64,000 nt of DNA from Podarcis filfolensis (lineage: Eukaryota), in assembly GCA_964270895.1 (NCBI GenBank), contig OZ185443.1; one strand, given 5' to 3'. Numbering within the stretch: position 1 is the stretch's first letter; every line of letters begins with the position of its first letter. The notes under the pieces were generated by a model that worked only from the letters and a program-made list of their open reading frames with translations, did not search any database and was not told the origin of the DNA. A program made the position numbers and the translations under genes. Shown piece by piece: positions 38,401 to 64,000 of the stretch.

Positions 38401-40062
38401 TATTTCTATATTGTATATTACTACTTTTCTATTGTCTGCTGTATGGGGTCTGATTACGTTTGAAGGTAAGGGGTATCAATGGTATTCCTAAATAACTTTT
38501 TATAAAAATATTTCTAGGCTCTGAAATCTATGGTCGTGTCATGGTGGATCCTGTCCAGAATTTAGGAGATTCTTTCATCTGTAACATCGAGAAGGTGTTT
38601 TTGTGCACTGGGGCTGACGGGTATGTCCCCAAGTACAGTCCAGATAACAAGGAATATGGTTGCCTAGCAGACTCCCCTTCCCTCTTATACAGATTCAAGA
38701 TTCTGGTATGTACCATGGTACACTACAGCACAGTCCTAATACAAGAAGTTTGAAATAATGAATGTAATAATGTACCAGTGTTGGTTTCTTTGTCTTCTAG
38801 GATAAAGCTCAGCCTGATACCCAGGCAAAAGTGTTTGGAAATATGGCCTTCAATGCAAAACTCGCTGTTGATCACATAGATGGTTATCCTTTGGTAAAGC
38901 AGCCAGGGTCTGATGGATTCAGCATGTTGTCGACTCCGCTATTCCAGGTAACCTCTGAGAGCAATATTGTTCCAGAACTTTTGTATGTTGGAAACTAACT
39001 TCCTAACAAGCAAGGTATTTTTCAAAACTCCTGCAGTTTTTTGAAACGCAGCCATATGCATAACAGTGTTTTTTTTAAAAAAAAAAAGTGTTCTGGGAAT
39101 TTTGTCAAAAACGTTTTTTGCTTTCTTTGTTGTCATATAAATTTACATGAAAGACAAGTTTTGGCACCATCAATCCAAACCTATTTATGATGAAATCTTT
39201 TTTTTCATGTCAGTGGAACTAAATAACTAAAACAGTTAAATGTTATTGATCAAGGGATGCAAAATCCTCACCTTCAAATACTCCCTGGAATAGATTGCAA
39301 ACATTCCATCTTAAATCAAGTGACTGTATACAAAACATGTTTTAGGTTTGCATACTGTGTTGTTAAACTCTGCCCCCCTCCCATGCAAAATAGCATTGTC
39401 ATGTTATTTTTATGTCAGGAGCAGTACTCTGGATGACAGTCATATTTGAAATCTTGAGCCCCAGAGAGATTAGGAGGCATTTAGCAACTTAATTTTGCTT
39501 AAAGTTGCCATGTGTGTTTTTAATTTAACAGGTAGCAGCAGGTCGAGAATGGTACATCCACACTATCTACATGGTTCGGTCACGTGAGAATTCCCACAAA
39601 GGCCTTGGAAAGAGAAGTGTTGAGTACCATCACTTTTTATCTTCAGCCAGTGGAATCCCAGGTGCTACACATTCTGGGCGCAGTCGGAGAGCCATCTCAG
39701 ATGCTCCTACGCTTGCACAAGATATCAGTGCAGATAAGAATAGAGGCACCAACATCCAGCACATAGCTCTTGACCGGTCTAACAAAATTGTTATTGAGCA
39801 GAAAGATTGGTCCCCGCCAGGTAAACCGTATGAGAAGCCGGTCCTGGAAATTACTGGAAGCGACATGGAAGACAGGATTGTACCTATTGTCGGAGGTGCA
39901 GCTGGGCTGCTGCTTCTGATCAGCACGGTTTTGATTATCATCTTCCTATTGAAGAGAAAGGGACATTCTACTAATGGGAAAGCAAATTCCTGCACTGGCT
40001 ATTCCAGCAGTAATGAAACTGTGACCACGCGGCACAGCAGCAGTGATAGCTCTGAAGTCTAA
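1..40062 (+). CDS. FREM3: FRAS1-related extracellular matrix protein 3, 5'-partial, 20 coding exons (equivalent to exons 5-24), spliced CDS 3783 bp / 1260 aa
   Basis: All exon phases join into one frame (13+252+150+210+198+165+183+131+159+304+132+332+193+105+128+135+127+188+147+531=3783). The translation is collinear with recalled FREM2/FREM3. Tail-to-tail adjacency to SMARCA5 is the known FREM3 synteny. Confidence 0.9.
815..1060 (+). mobile_element. tRNA-derived SINE, Squam3-like, near full length
   Basis: A-box-like TGGTGTAGTGG, B-box GGTTCGATTCC, core ctgggtgaccttgggc...cacctcacag, tail gccgctttgagactcc. Confidence 0.8.
3850..4420 (+). mobile_element. L2-clade LINE, degenerate 3' ORF2 fragment
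   Basis: [14 protein letters not shown]...[12 protein letters not shown] resembles the L2 C-terminal [21 protein letters not shown] motif; boundaries approximate. Confidence 0.7.
5040..5067 (+). repeat. (CTTT)7 microsatellite
   Basis: Read directly. Confidence 0.95.
7862..8113 (+). CDS. FREM3: FREM3 exon 6 (GSATGTIPS...ILADRDD), Calx-beta
   Basis: ttttaG| acceptor, |GTGAGT donor, 252 bp, [14 protein letters not shown] Calx-beta motif. Confidence 0.95.
10300..12070 (+). mobile_element. Highly decayed L1-like LINE relic, interrupted at about 11440-11860
   Basis: A-rich + strand; fragments read KLIVA(E)DFN (GDFN-like endonuclease motif, about 10990-11015) and WRLNNN (about 11337-11355); boundaries approximate. 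Confidence 0.45.
14377..14831 (+). mobile_element. Tigger1-like (pogo/Tc1-mariner) internally deleted DNA transposon
   Basis: TA|CAGGCATACCTCA...TGAGGTATACCTG|TA termini; the first ~275 bp and last ~95 bp follow the Tigger1 ends as recalled. Confidence 0.8.
17069..17176 (+). mobile_element. CR1 LINE 3' end fragment
   Basis: gagattcctacattgcaggaagttggact...gtcccttc...ttctatgatt CR1 tail. Confidence 0.7.
17728..17772 (+). repeat. 23-bp-period tandem duplication (AATATTCTGAATGTGTTAGCAC x2)
   Basis: Read directly. Confidence 0.85.
18261..18407 (+). mobile_element. tRNA-Lys-derived SINE with CR1 tail (Squam2/POM-like)
   Basis: Degenerate tRNA-Lys head (TAGCTCA..GGTAGAGCATGAG.CTC..AATCTCAGGGT) fused to a CR1 3' end ending attctatga. 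Confidence 0.8.
19912..20061 (+). CDS. FREM3: FREM3 exon 7 ([11 protein letters not shown]...PLSAE)
   Basis: tctAG| acceptor, |GTGAAC donor, 150 bp, in frame. Confidence 0.93.
20430..21074 (+). mobile_element. CR1 LINE with internal deletion (RT N-terminal piece joined to the 3' end)
   Basis: LKELADEIS...[14 protein letters not shown] motif, then the CR1 3' region and an ATTCTAT-type tail. Confidence 0.85.
21157..21366 (+). CDS. FREM3: FREM3 exon 8 ([14 protein letters not shown]...INDTITD)
   Basis: atgtAG| acceptor, |GTAAGT donor, 210 bp, Calx-beta. Confidence 0.95.
21770..21967 (+). CDS. FREM3: FREM3 exon 9 ([11 protein letters not shown]...VVFLP)
   Basis: cactAG| acceptor, |GTAAGG donor, 198 bp. 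Confidence 0.95.
22685..22720 (+). repeat. (AC)18 microsatellite
   Basis: Read directly. Confidence 0.97.
22884..23048 (+). CDS. FREM3: FREM3 exon 10 ([14 protein letters not shown]...KDEED)
   Basis: ctgcAG| acceptor, |GTGAGT donor, 165 bp. Confidence 0.95.
23601..23783 (+). CDS. FREM3: FREM3 exon 11 ([11 protein letters not shown]...YNPMSD)
   Basis: ttgcAG| acceptor, |GTGAGG donor, 183 bp. Confidence 0.95.
23950..24800 (-). mobile_element. L2-clade LINE fragment, split by a hAT MITE
   Basis: Reverse strand reads [24 protein letters not shown] across the MITE (L2 LDYCN..GLP...LQLVQNAA motif). Confidence 0.7.
24247..24478. mobile_element. hAT-type MITE with 8-bp TSD AGCTAAAG
   Basis: TSD at 24239-24246 and 24479-24486; imperfect TIR CAGGGGTCAGCAAACT / AGTTTGCCTACCCATG. 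Confidence 0.85.
24860..24990 (+). CDS. FREM3: FREM3 exon 12 ([15 protein letters not shown]...MVAETQ)
   Basis: tttcAG| acceptor, |GTAAGA donor, 131 bp; missed by the ORF track. Confidence 0.95.
25661..25819 (+). CDS. FREM3: FREM3 exon 13 ([11 protein letters not shown]...PVVCVT)
   Basis: tttcAG| acceptor, |GTATGC donor, 159 bp. Confidence 0.95.
25890..26088 (+). mobile_element. CR1 LINE 3' end
   Basis: ggtggtggactctccttccttggaggtt...gggggttggactagatg...tctatga tail. Confidence 0.85.
26821..27124 (+). CDS. FREM3: FREM3 exon 14 ([11 protein letters not shown]...INRGE)
   Basis: cttcAG| acceptor, |GTAAGG donor, 304 bp. Confidence 0.95.
28235..28366 (+). CDS. FREM3: FREM3 exon 15 (GLCQPRIPG...MPHMD)
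   Basis: acgtAG| acceptor, |GTAAGT donor, 132 bp. Confidence 0.95.
28732..29063 (+). CDS. FREM3: FREM3 exon 16 ([11 protein letters not shown]...IGTDGQ)
   Basis: tttcAG| acceptor, |GTATGC donor, 332 bp. Confidence 0.95.
31665..32022 (-). mobile_element. Sauria SINE (Squam1), full length, 14-bp TSD TTATGTGCTGCTTA
   Basis: TSD at 31651-31664 and 32023-32036; B-box GGTTCGAATCC on the - strand; (ACCTTT)-type tail. Confidence 0.93.
32553..32648. mobile_element. Decayed hAT-type MITE
   Basis: caaggttgggaaatctgtggc...cagatgttactggact resembles common squamate hAT MITE ends; boundaries approximate. Confidence 0.35.
33401..33593 (+). CDS. FREM3: FREM3 exon 17 ([11 protein letters not shown]...EAELQ)
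   Basis: ttgcAG| acceptor, |GTGATT donor, 193 bp. Confidence 0.95.
34011..34115 (+). CDS. FREM3: FREM3 exon 18 (GSLYPTSMQ...VMSHP)
   Basis: atttAG| acceptor, |GTAAGA donor, 105 bp. Confidence 0.95.
34323..34450 (+). CDS. FREM3: FREM3 exon 19 ([15 protein letters not shown]...VSDFA)
   Basis: tgacAG| acceptor, |GTGAGT donor, 128 bp. Confidence 0.95.
35464..35487 (+). repeat. (TG)12 microsatellite
   Basis: Read directly. Confidence 0.95.
35558..35692 (+). CDS. FREM3: FREM3 exon 20 ([12 protein letters not shown]...IRFQQ)
   Basis: ttgtAG| acceptor, |GTAAAA donor, 135 bp. Confidence 0.95.
36605..36770 (+). mobile_element. Old tRNA-type SINE remnant
   Basis: tgcagaaggccccaggatcaat head and ggtggaccactggtctcactc tail resemble ancient squamate SINEs. 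Confidence 0.35.
37251..37377 (+). CDS. FREM3: FREM3 exon 21 ([15 protein letters not shown]...DVAFTE), GC donor
   Basis: atatAG| acceptor, 127 bp, ends GAAG|GCAAAA; only this junction keeps the frame with exon 22. Confidence 0.9.
38092..38339. mobile_element. Tc1/mariner (Tigger-like) MITE
   Basis: TA TSD on both sides; perfect 15-bp TIR CAGTGGTACCTCGGG; internal repeats of CTTCAGGTT. Confidence 0.92.
38518..38705 (+). CDS. FREM3: FREM3 exon 22 ([12 protein letters not shown]...RFKIL)
   Basis: ttctAG| acceptor, |GTATGT donor, 188 bp. Confidence 0.95.
38801..38947 (+). CDS. FREM3: FREM3 exon 23 ([10 protein letters not shown]...TPLFQ)
   Basis: ttctAG| acceptor, |GTAACC donor, 147 bp. Confidence 0.95.
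39532..40062 (+). CDS. FREM3: FREM3 exon 24, coding part ([11 protein letters not shown]...SSDSSEV*): furin site, TM helix, PDZ motif
   Basis: taacAG| acceptor; RSRR at 39679-39690; hydrophobic run 39877-39951 followed by KRK; SEV-TAA end. Confidence 0.95.
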   Translation, partial: VAAGREWYIHTIYMVRSRENSHKGLGKRSVEYHHFLSSASGIPGATHSGRSRRAISDAPTLAQDISADKNRGTNIQHIALDRSNKIVIEQKDWSPPGKPYEKPVLEITGSDMEDRIVPIVGGAAGLLLLISTVLIIIFLLKRKGHSTNGKANSCTGYSSSNETVTTRHSSSDSSEV

Positions 40063-40295
40063 ATTACATCACAAAGGTGAGGGTTGTCGTTTGAAGATAC
40101 TTCATTTCATCATAAAAACTGGTATGGGGGGCTGTGTTTGCACAGACTTGGGAGCTGCCGTGTTGGTGCTAGGTTGTGTGAGATTCCAGCATACAAAAAG
40201 TGTAGCAAACAAGATGAAGTGTGTAGAAGTGTGAGTGCTTTATTTATAACTTAACTTCCTCCCCACCTACCCAGGAAAACAGGATGGATTCCTGG

Positions 40296-40301
40296 AATAA
40301 A
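40296..40301 (+). terminator. Candidate FREM3 polyadenylation signal AATAAA
   Basis: First AATAAA I found after the FREM3 stop (about 235 bp downstream); usage unverified. Confidence 0.35.
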
Positions 40302-42836
40302 CTTAGCTTTCCCCCTTTTCTTCTTCAAATGGTGCTAAAAAAGATGAATCATCAGCTAGCAGCTATTAATGTGTCTTACCTACCATCATGAAAGCCTGGT
40401 GCTCCTCAAAGGGAAATTGATTTCCTTTTTGTTTAACTTGTATGATGTCTAGTTATACCCATCTTGTATATGGAAAGGGGTGGTGTGAGGGAAAATGAGA
40501 GAAGGGGTCAGATTTTAATGAGATAGGGTAGAAGAAAAGTATCTGTAATTAAATCTCAGAGCAGAATTGTGCTGTCCGAGTGGCTGAGAGATACACTGGA
40601 AAAAATGGAAAGCTAATTTAAAGAGTATTTCCCAAATGGTTTTACCAACAGGTATTACAAACACACCTTAATACAAGACCCTAAAGCTGACGCGTCCTTA
40701 GTATTTTATCATGCCTTTTACAATAACCCTAAATCATTACTAGATGGCCCTTCCTTTTGTCTTGCCTGCAGTTAGTAAAATGTCCATTAGCTTGGCAAAT
40801 TTTGTAAGATATTGTGAATAACTTAAGACATTTATATCCTATAATTTGTTGTCAGATTCATTGAGCAAAATAACTAATTCAGCTATGTAATCTCTAAACC
40901 ATCAAATGCAGCCACTGCAGTAAAGGAACTTGGAATCATTATCACCAAATGTTTTGGTAAAGGGTTGTGCGAAGCATGTTTCCTAATGCTGTAACAGTGG
41001 TATGAGGAAGCTAGACTGCATGGTTTCTTATTTGTGTGAAGCAGCACCATGTGGTTCAGGCTGTTCTATTCCATGTCAGGTAACCCTTTATCTTTACCCA
41101 CATTTTTGAAACAATATTTGGCACTGGTCAGCATCTGACAGACTCAAATTGCTGTATGAAGACAGTCACGTCCATGACAACTAAATACAGCAACCATCTC
41201 AGTATGCCAGTGAGTATATATAACACTAAAAAATGTAGTTAGATTCATTTATTCTACATGCAGCTTTTGTAAATTTCATGTATGAATCTTCTGCTGAGCA
41301 TTGCCTACAGCTAAGATAATGGGTTTAGACAAGGTCTGTTCACAGAAAATTCAAATATGCAGAATTTTATGCATGTTTACTCAAAAGCAAGTCATAATTT
41401 TTATAAGACATTTTCACTAAGTTTTATTTTGCTTAATTGGCCAGATTTTTTAACAGATAAGAGGTGGTGCCTATTTTAGAAGTATTTGCTTTTTCATTCA
41501 GGAGGTACTTTGTGCCCTGATACTTGTTTGCATCACAAAAGAAACAAACATATATGCAATTAATTAAAAATTCCTTATTGACTTTAACCCCCCCCCAAGC
41601 ACATAACTGTAAATAGTGTTGTTAAGAAAAAAAACCTAAGTGATAAAACTGAAATGGGAAAGCTGTCAATTGATAAATCTGCCTTCTACAGACTAGAGAG
41701 CATATACAATAGCCCTCCAAACATGGAAATTGAGTTTTACTATGGCAGCTGACCTCAGATACTTCATTTAGCCACTGTGGCTGCAGCAACCTTTGACAAA
41801 GGAGAACAGTTACTATGTGCTTAAAAGCCTGCAATCCTATACCCGTTTATGTAAGATGTAAACCCCATTGAACTCAGGACTTACAGTGCAATCCTCTAAG
41901 CTTGCTTGGAAGTAATTGATGCTATGCAATTTAAACTAAGGTAGAGGGGCTGCTCCTCCTGCCTACCTGGGACCTGTTTCTTCCAGAGTGCAAGGGAGGG
42001 CAAAGCATATTAATCCAGCAAGTCCCACCAACCCAGTCTCTGTATTGTTGAAACATCTGCTTCAGCATCCCTTCAGCATCCCAAGTTACTGAAAGGGACT
42101 AAAATGCAAGTATTCCTTCATTACCTCGCCTTCTGTGTGATCTAGCTGTTACTGACCAGCTCCTTTCTTGCTGTTTATGGAATCAGAGATATAAGCATTA
42201 AAACATGCATTTGACACTGTTGTATATTTCTGCAATATGCTTATGCTACTTGTTTTCAAGATATGAGCAAAGCCGGTTCAGGCAAGCACTGAAACATTAT
42301 CATTCAATTGTCCTGTCGCATATACGTTCTTATAATTGTGACCTTACACTTTTCATTGTGAAATTGCCAAAACGTTTTATAAAGGTTTTTTTCTTTCATA
42401 CTTTTTTGTGTGAATTACTTGTCTCCTTACTATTCTTACGCTGTATTACCCCTGAATATTAAGCTGGTCAGTTCAAACTAAGTTAAGAAAGCCTAGTTTG
42501 TACAACAATCATGAAGGAAACAATACCAACTGCAAAAGATGTTTGCATGTAAGTGAATACAACTGACCTCTCATGAACTGGACTTACCTTTGAGATTTTT
42601 CTTTGCCTATTTCTTACATCCAGTATAGCTCGATTTGAATAATTTACTCCACATTAACAAGTAGTGTCAGCACCTCTAGGTTTATCTGTCACTGTTAAAA
42701 CAGACAACTGTAAAAGCCACTTTGTGTTGCTACTTCTGAACCCAACAAATCTTGAGCCATTAGTTTCAACACTATTCATGCAGAAAGAAAGGGACAACAT
42801 ATAAAAAAGTTAGTGACCAGTAAATGAAGCCTATTT

Positions 42837-42886
42837 TTTATTTCAAGTGTTAATGGTAAAAAAAAGTTCAGCACAGCTGTTTTATT
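42837..42886 (-). terminator. Two candidate proximal SMARCA5 polyA signals (AATAAA at 42881-42886 and 42837-42842)
   Basis: TTTATT on the + strand at both positions; usage unverified. Confidence 0.4.
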
Positions 42887-42995
42887 TAAAAAAGTGAAAC
42901 TACATTACTATTCTTCTAGTTCAGTAAGTAAACACATGAACCCAATGTCCTTTAATGACATAATAGTTGAGAATTGTACAGTACATCTTATGAAG

Positions 42996-43002
42996 ACCCG
43001 TA
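42996..43002 (-). promoter_or_regulatory. miR-99/100 seed match (TACGGGT, 7mer-m8) in the SMARCA5 3' UTR
   Basis: + strand ACCCGTA at 42996-43002, about 44 nt after the stop; SMARCA5 is an established mammalian miR-99/100 target. Confidence 0.75.
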
Positions 43003-43045
43003 AAATTAAAGAACTACTTTAAAGTTAGTGATAAGAACTTAGAAT

Positions 43046-60665
<17,620 letters not shown>

Positions 60666-60890
60666 CTGGAACATAAAAATTAAAAAGAGATACTTTGTTT
60701 TCTTTCTGCACCTCAAAACTTCACAAATGTATCAAGTATTTAAGAAGCAGGTAACCCAAAGTGGTGTTTCTCATGACAAGTTGCATATATCCACCATTTT
60801 GTATTTTTGGCATGGTTATACAGTTATGATACCACTTCTGATCTTTTTTTTTAACAGCTTACCCAATCTAGTAACAGAGACGACAAACTA

Positions 60891-61049
60891 CCATATTTTT
60901 CCATCTATAAGACACCCCCATGTATAAGACAACATTTTGGTGACAACAACCAATCGCCAGTCCACCCTCTACACTATCCGTGTATAAGACGCCCACTGAT
61001 TTTTGACATTATTTGGGGGGAGACCTAGTCTTATACACAGAAAATATGG
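60891..61049. mobile_element. Tc2/pogo-like MITE
   Basis: TA|CCATATTTTTCCATCTATAAGAC...GTCTTATACACAGAAAATATGG|TA. Confidence 0.85.
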
Positions 61050-62439
61050 TATATTAACATTTGTTGTCTTGATCTCATGTACCTTTTAATAATGTTGACT
61101 GTCCAATGTTTATTCCTTTCTCCCAATTTAGAATTATATCACCATCAAATTGCTGATCATACTGGGTCTTCTACTGAAAATTGTTAATCTAAATATTTTT
61201 TCCCCATTACAGTAGTTTTATAATGTATTATTTATTCATTGCAGAAAGTTTCGGTAGACATTTTGTAACTTTTAAATTGATAGATGAAGAATATTGTAGA
61301 TAGTACGTTTCAGCATTTAATTCTCCACTCTATACAGGTACTATAGTAACATGGTAACAAGTATGATGGGAAAGAAAGGCAGTCAGGGAGCTTTATAACA
61401 CAATGTATTTCCAGTGCAATGTGAAATTTATTATATAGCTATCGGAACCTATATAAACATTTTCTTTCCCTATGGTCTATTTAGTGAAAGCAAATTATAA
61501 CCTGGGGGTGGGGGGGAGAAGGAAGGCAGAAAAGAAAACAATACATATCACTTTAAGAGGAAAATTTATCAGGTCACAAGGAAATTTTAGTCAAACAAAA
61601 TAATTAATAAGAGTTCATTTTATTTAAAAGCTAATTTACTGACTTCCAGTTGTCCAGTGTATGTGTTTTTAAAGTCCTTATCTTGTAAACTGTCCCGTCT
61701 GTCATCTTCAAATGAAGGATGGCATTATAAACAAACAAACAAACAAACTGTTCCAAATCCAGATCCTGTCAGGATTAAGTTTCAGTTTGTTCATCCAATC
61801 TTCAATTGCATTCCCAGGTTTAAACAATGACAGCTAGAGTTCAGTACTAACAGCATACTGATATCACTGTACCCAAGGTCTCCAAGCCATATCACCCAAC
61901 AATTTCATGTTTTGTAGCACAGGAAATAAAATGGAACATTTGCACAACCCACAAGCCAGCAACCATGGGGTAGAACCCAGCACTACCTCTTGCTCCAATC
62001 ACTTTAAGACCTCCCCTGGCTCCAACCTGGAAAAGTTATCATGGTTATATATTTGAAGAAGAAGAAAGACACTGATGAGATCTGTAAGAGTCAACAGGGA
62101 TGACTTTTCCCATCCATTTCTCCTATAAAACCAGATCTAGTTCAGTATCATGCAAAGAAACCCTGGCATTTGAGAGTAACTATACATTCCACCATCTAAA
62201 GGAAGAATTGACACTATTCTGAGATTATTAAAATCAGTTGGATCTACTGAGGACTACCTTTAGGAGCAGACAGGGTACAATTGATAGACCACAGGGACTG
62301 TAGGGACCACTCTCTCATCAAGGAGGCCTATAGCAGCATCTCCATTATGCAGCATACTATCTTCCTATGACATATGTATTTAACCAGGGTGAGCATGAAT
62401 ACTTTTCAATTTGTACAGCCCAATGATGTGGACAGGATT

Positions 62440-63000
62440 ATTGGCAATGTGAGAGCTAGATCCTTGGCCTTCCTGGCTCATTAAAAAGGCCAGTGGAGGA
62501 ATGGCTGAGTGGGTACAGAGAAGGGTCAGTGCCTCCTTACAACAAGGAAGGGTTTCAGCATACCCAAAGGAGGCAGTTATAAAACCTCTATGGAAAAAGC
62601 CCTCCCTGAATCCCACCATACTGGATAATTAGCTGCCTGTTTTCAATATTCCCTTTTAGGGCAAGATACTGGAGTGTGTTGTGGTATCTGAACTCTAGTG
62701 GTTCTGGGATTCAACAGATTATCTTGGAGCATTTCAAACTGGTTTCATAGATGACATGCAAGAAACTGTACAGGAGGAGTATGTCCCTGTTGGTTCTGCT
62801 GGACCTTTCAGTGGCTTTTACACCATCAATCATGGTATCCTTCTGAGTCACCTTTCTGAGATGGGACTTGGGGGCACTATTTTACAATGGCTCTGTTCCT
62901 TTCTGGAGGGGCAAACCTAGAAGGTGGTGCTGAGGGATTCCTGTTTGAACCTTGGCCATTAGCTAGTGATGTTCCTTAGGGTTCTGTCCTATTCCCATGG
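62440..63000 (+). mobile_element. L2/CR1-clade reverse transcriptase fragment (decayed)
   Basis: LDPWPSWLIK...KEAVIKPLWKKPSL...NIPFLGKILECVV...LLDLS..F.TI.HGILL...VP*GSVL, with stops and frameshifts. Confidence 0.8.
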
Positions 63001-63749
63001 CTATGGAACTTAAGACAAATTCCTGAGCCGAAGCAGGTGAAGGACCCTAAGCATTAACACTAACATCCCCACTTGGCCCCTCAACACGTTAACAAAGGTA
63101 AAATGATCAGCTTCACAACACAATGGTGTGTGAAACCATACAGGGCACCCACTACCTATTGTTATTATCCCCCCCTTGTTTAAATCAGGTGGTTCAACAA
63201 CTTGCAGCTTTTGTGTTTGTCTGTATGAGTAGAACTTTTAGTGTATTAGCTGTTGCCGTATATTAACCACCAATATAGTTATATAAGGCAAGGTTACACA
63301 ACAGAACAGAAAAACACCAAAGACAAAACTATGAGGCTGCAAGTACCAGGAAATAAGTCCTTTTGAAAACAGTAGGATCAGGTTTTTAACAGCCCATTTC
63401 CCCATATTAGGAAAATGTATATAAACTAAAAACAGGTGCACAAATGATAATACAACATGGTACCAAACAAAAGAAAATGTATGCAACATCACCACTGGTG
63501 GTGGGGTAAATGCATACAATTGACTTTTCACAAATGACTTTTTATTCTTTTCGTGGGCACAAAATATCTATCTTTATCCATTCCACTTTAGAACATATGA
63601 CCAGGGCAGGATGGGCCACTTGTTATATCAAAGTATCCTAATGGAAGGCCAACCACTCTGGCTTTGTACCGGACACACAAAGCACGAAAGACCTATAACA
63701 ACCTAAAAAAATCAAGCAGGCCTTTTGTGTCATATCCCCACCGCAGAAC

Positions 63750-64000
63750 CAAAACAACCCTTCAAACTGCGTGCACGCATTGACAGCAACGAATTCACTA
63801 ATCGACCCAGTTTGCGAGTAGGATAACTTTCGTGTGTAGCCCATTCTGATTTCACTTGTTTGAGACTCGCTTCCGACAAAAAAACACCTTTAAGGACTGG
63901 ACCGTTTGAGGGGATCGCGGTGTGTGCGGAGAGGGAGGCTGCTTCCCTCGGAGGGATCTGTGCGCCCCCTTCCTTCCCCCCCCCCCAGTTAACGCTCAGT
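63750..64000. promoter_or_regulatory. Edge of the CpG-rich region in SMARCA5 intron 1 (probable promoter CpG island beyond the window)
   Basis: Visible rise in CpG dinucleotides over the last ~250 bp; exon 1 is expected just past 64000. Confidence 0.5.

Noticed and set aside
1-40062. Calling the + strand gene FREM2 because of its 24-exon, TM-containing structure
   Set aside because: Tail-to-tail adjacency to SMARCA5 is the FREM3 locus, and residues such as STHQG and DTITD fit recalled FREM3. A phylogeny is still needed for proof.

Overview
Vertebrate genomic DNA, most likely a lacertid lizard, inferred from co-occurring Sauria/Squam1, Squam2-like and Squam3-like SINEs. Two multi-exon genes lie tail to tail. 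(1) On the + strand is FREM3: the last 13 bp of one exon at 1-13 plus 19 complete exons, stop at 40060-40062. These splice into one 3783-bp open frame (1260 aa) with Calx-beta repeats, the FREM2-type C-terminal region, a furin site, a transmembrane helix and a C-terminal PDZ motif (SEV). (2) On the - strand is SMARCA5/SNF2H: exons 2-24, 2985 bp, 994 aa, stop at 43046-43048; exon 1 lies beyond the right edge. Introns carry CR1, L2 and L1 relics, SINEs, and hAT and Tc1/mariner MITEs. Best leads: a young Penelope-type inverted insertion in SMARCA5 intron 21 with perfect 96-bp arms and a minimal hammerhead ribozyme on each strand; a full-length membrane-anchored FREM3 whose exon-8 read-through resembles the truncated mammalian end; a forced GC-AG intron with a weak donor; a Tigger1-like deletion derivative; a miR-99/100 site and possible cryptic splicing in the SMARCA5 3' UTR. 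No prokaryotic systems or CRISPR arrays are present, and most short ORF-track entries are spurious. Exon numbers follow human FREM2 and SMARCA5 structures recalled from memory; no database search was run.
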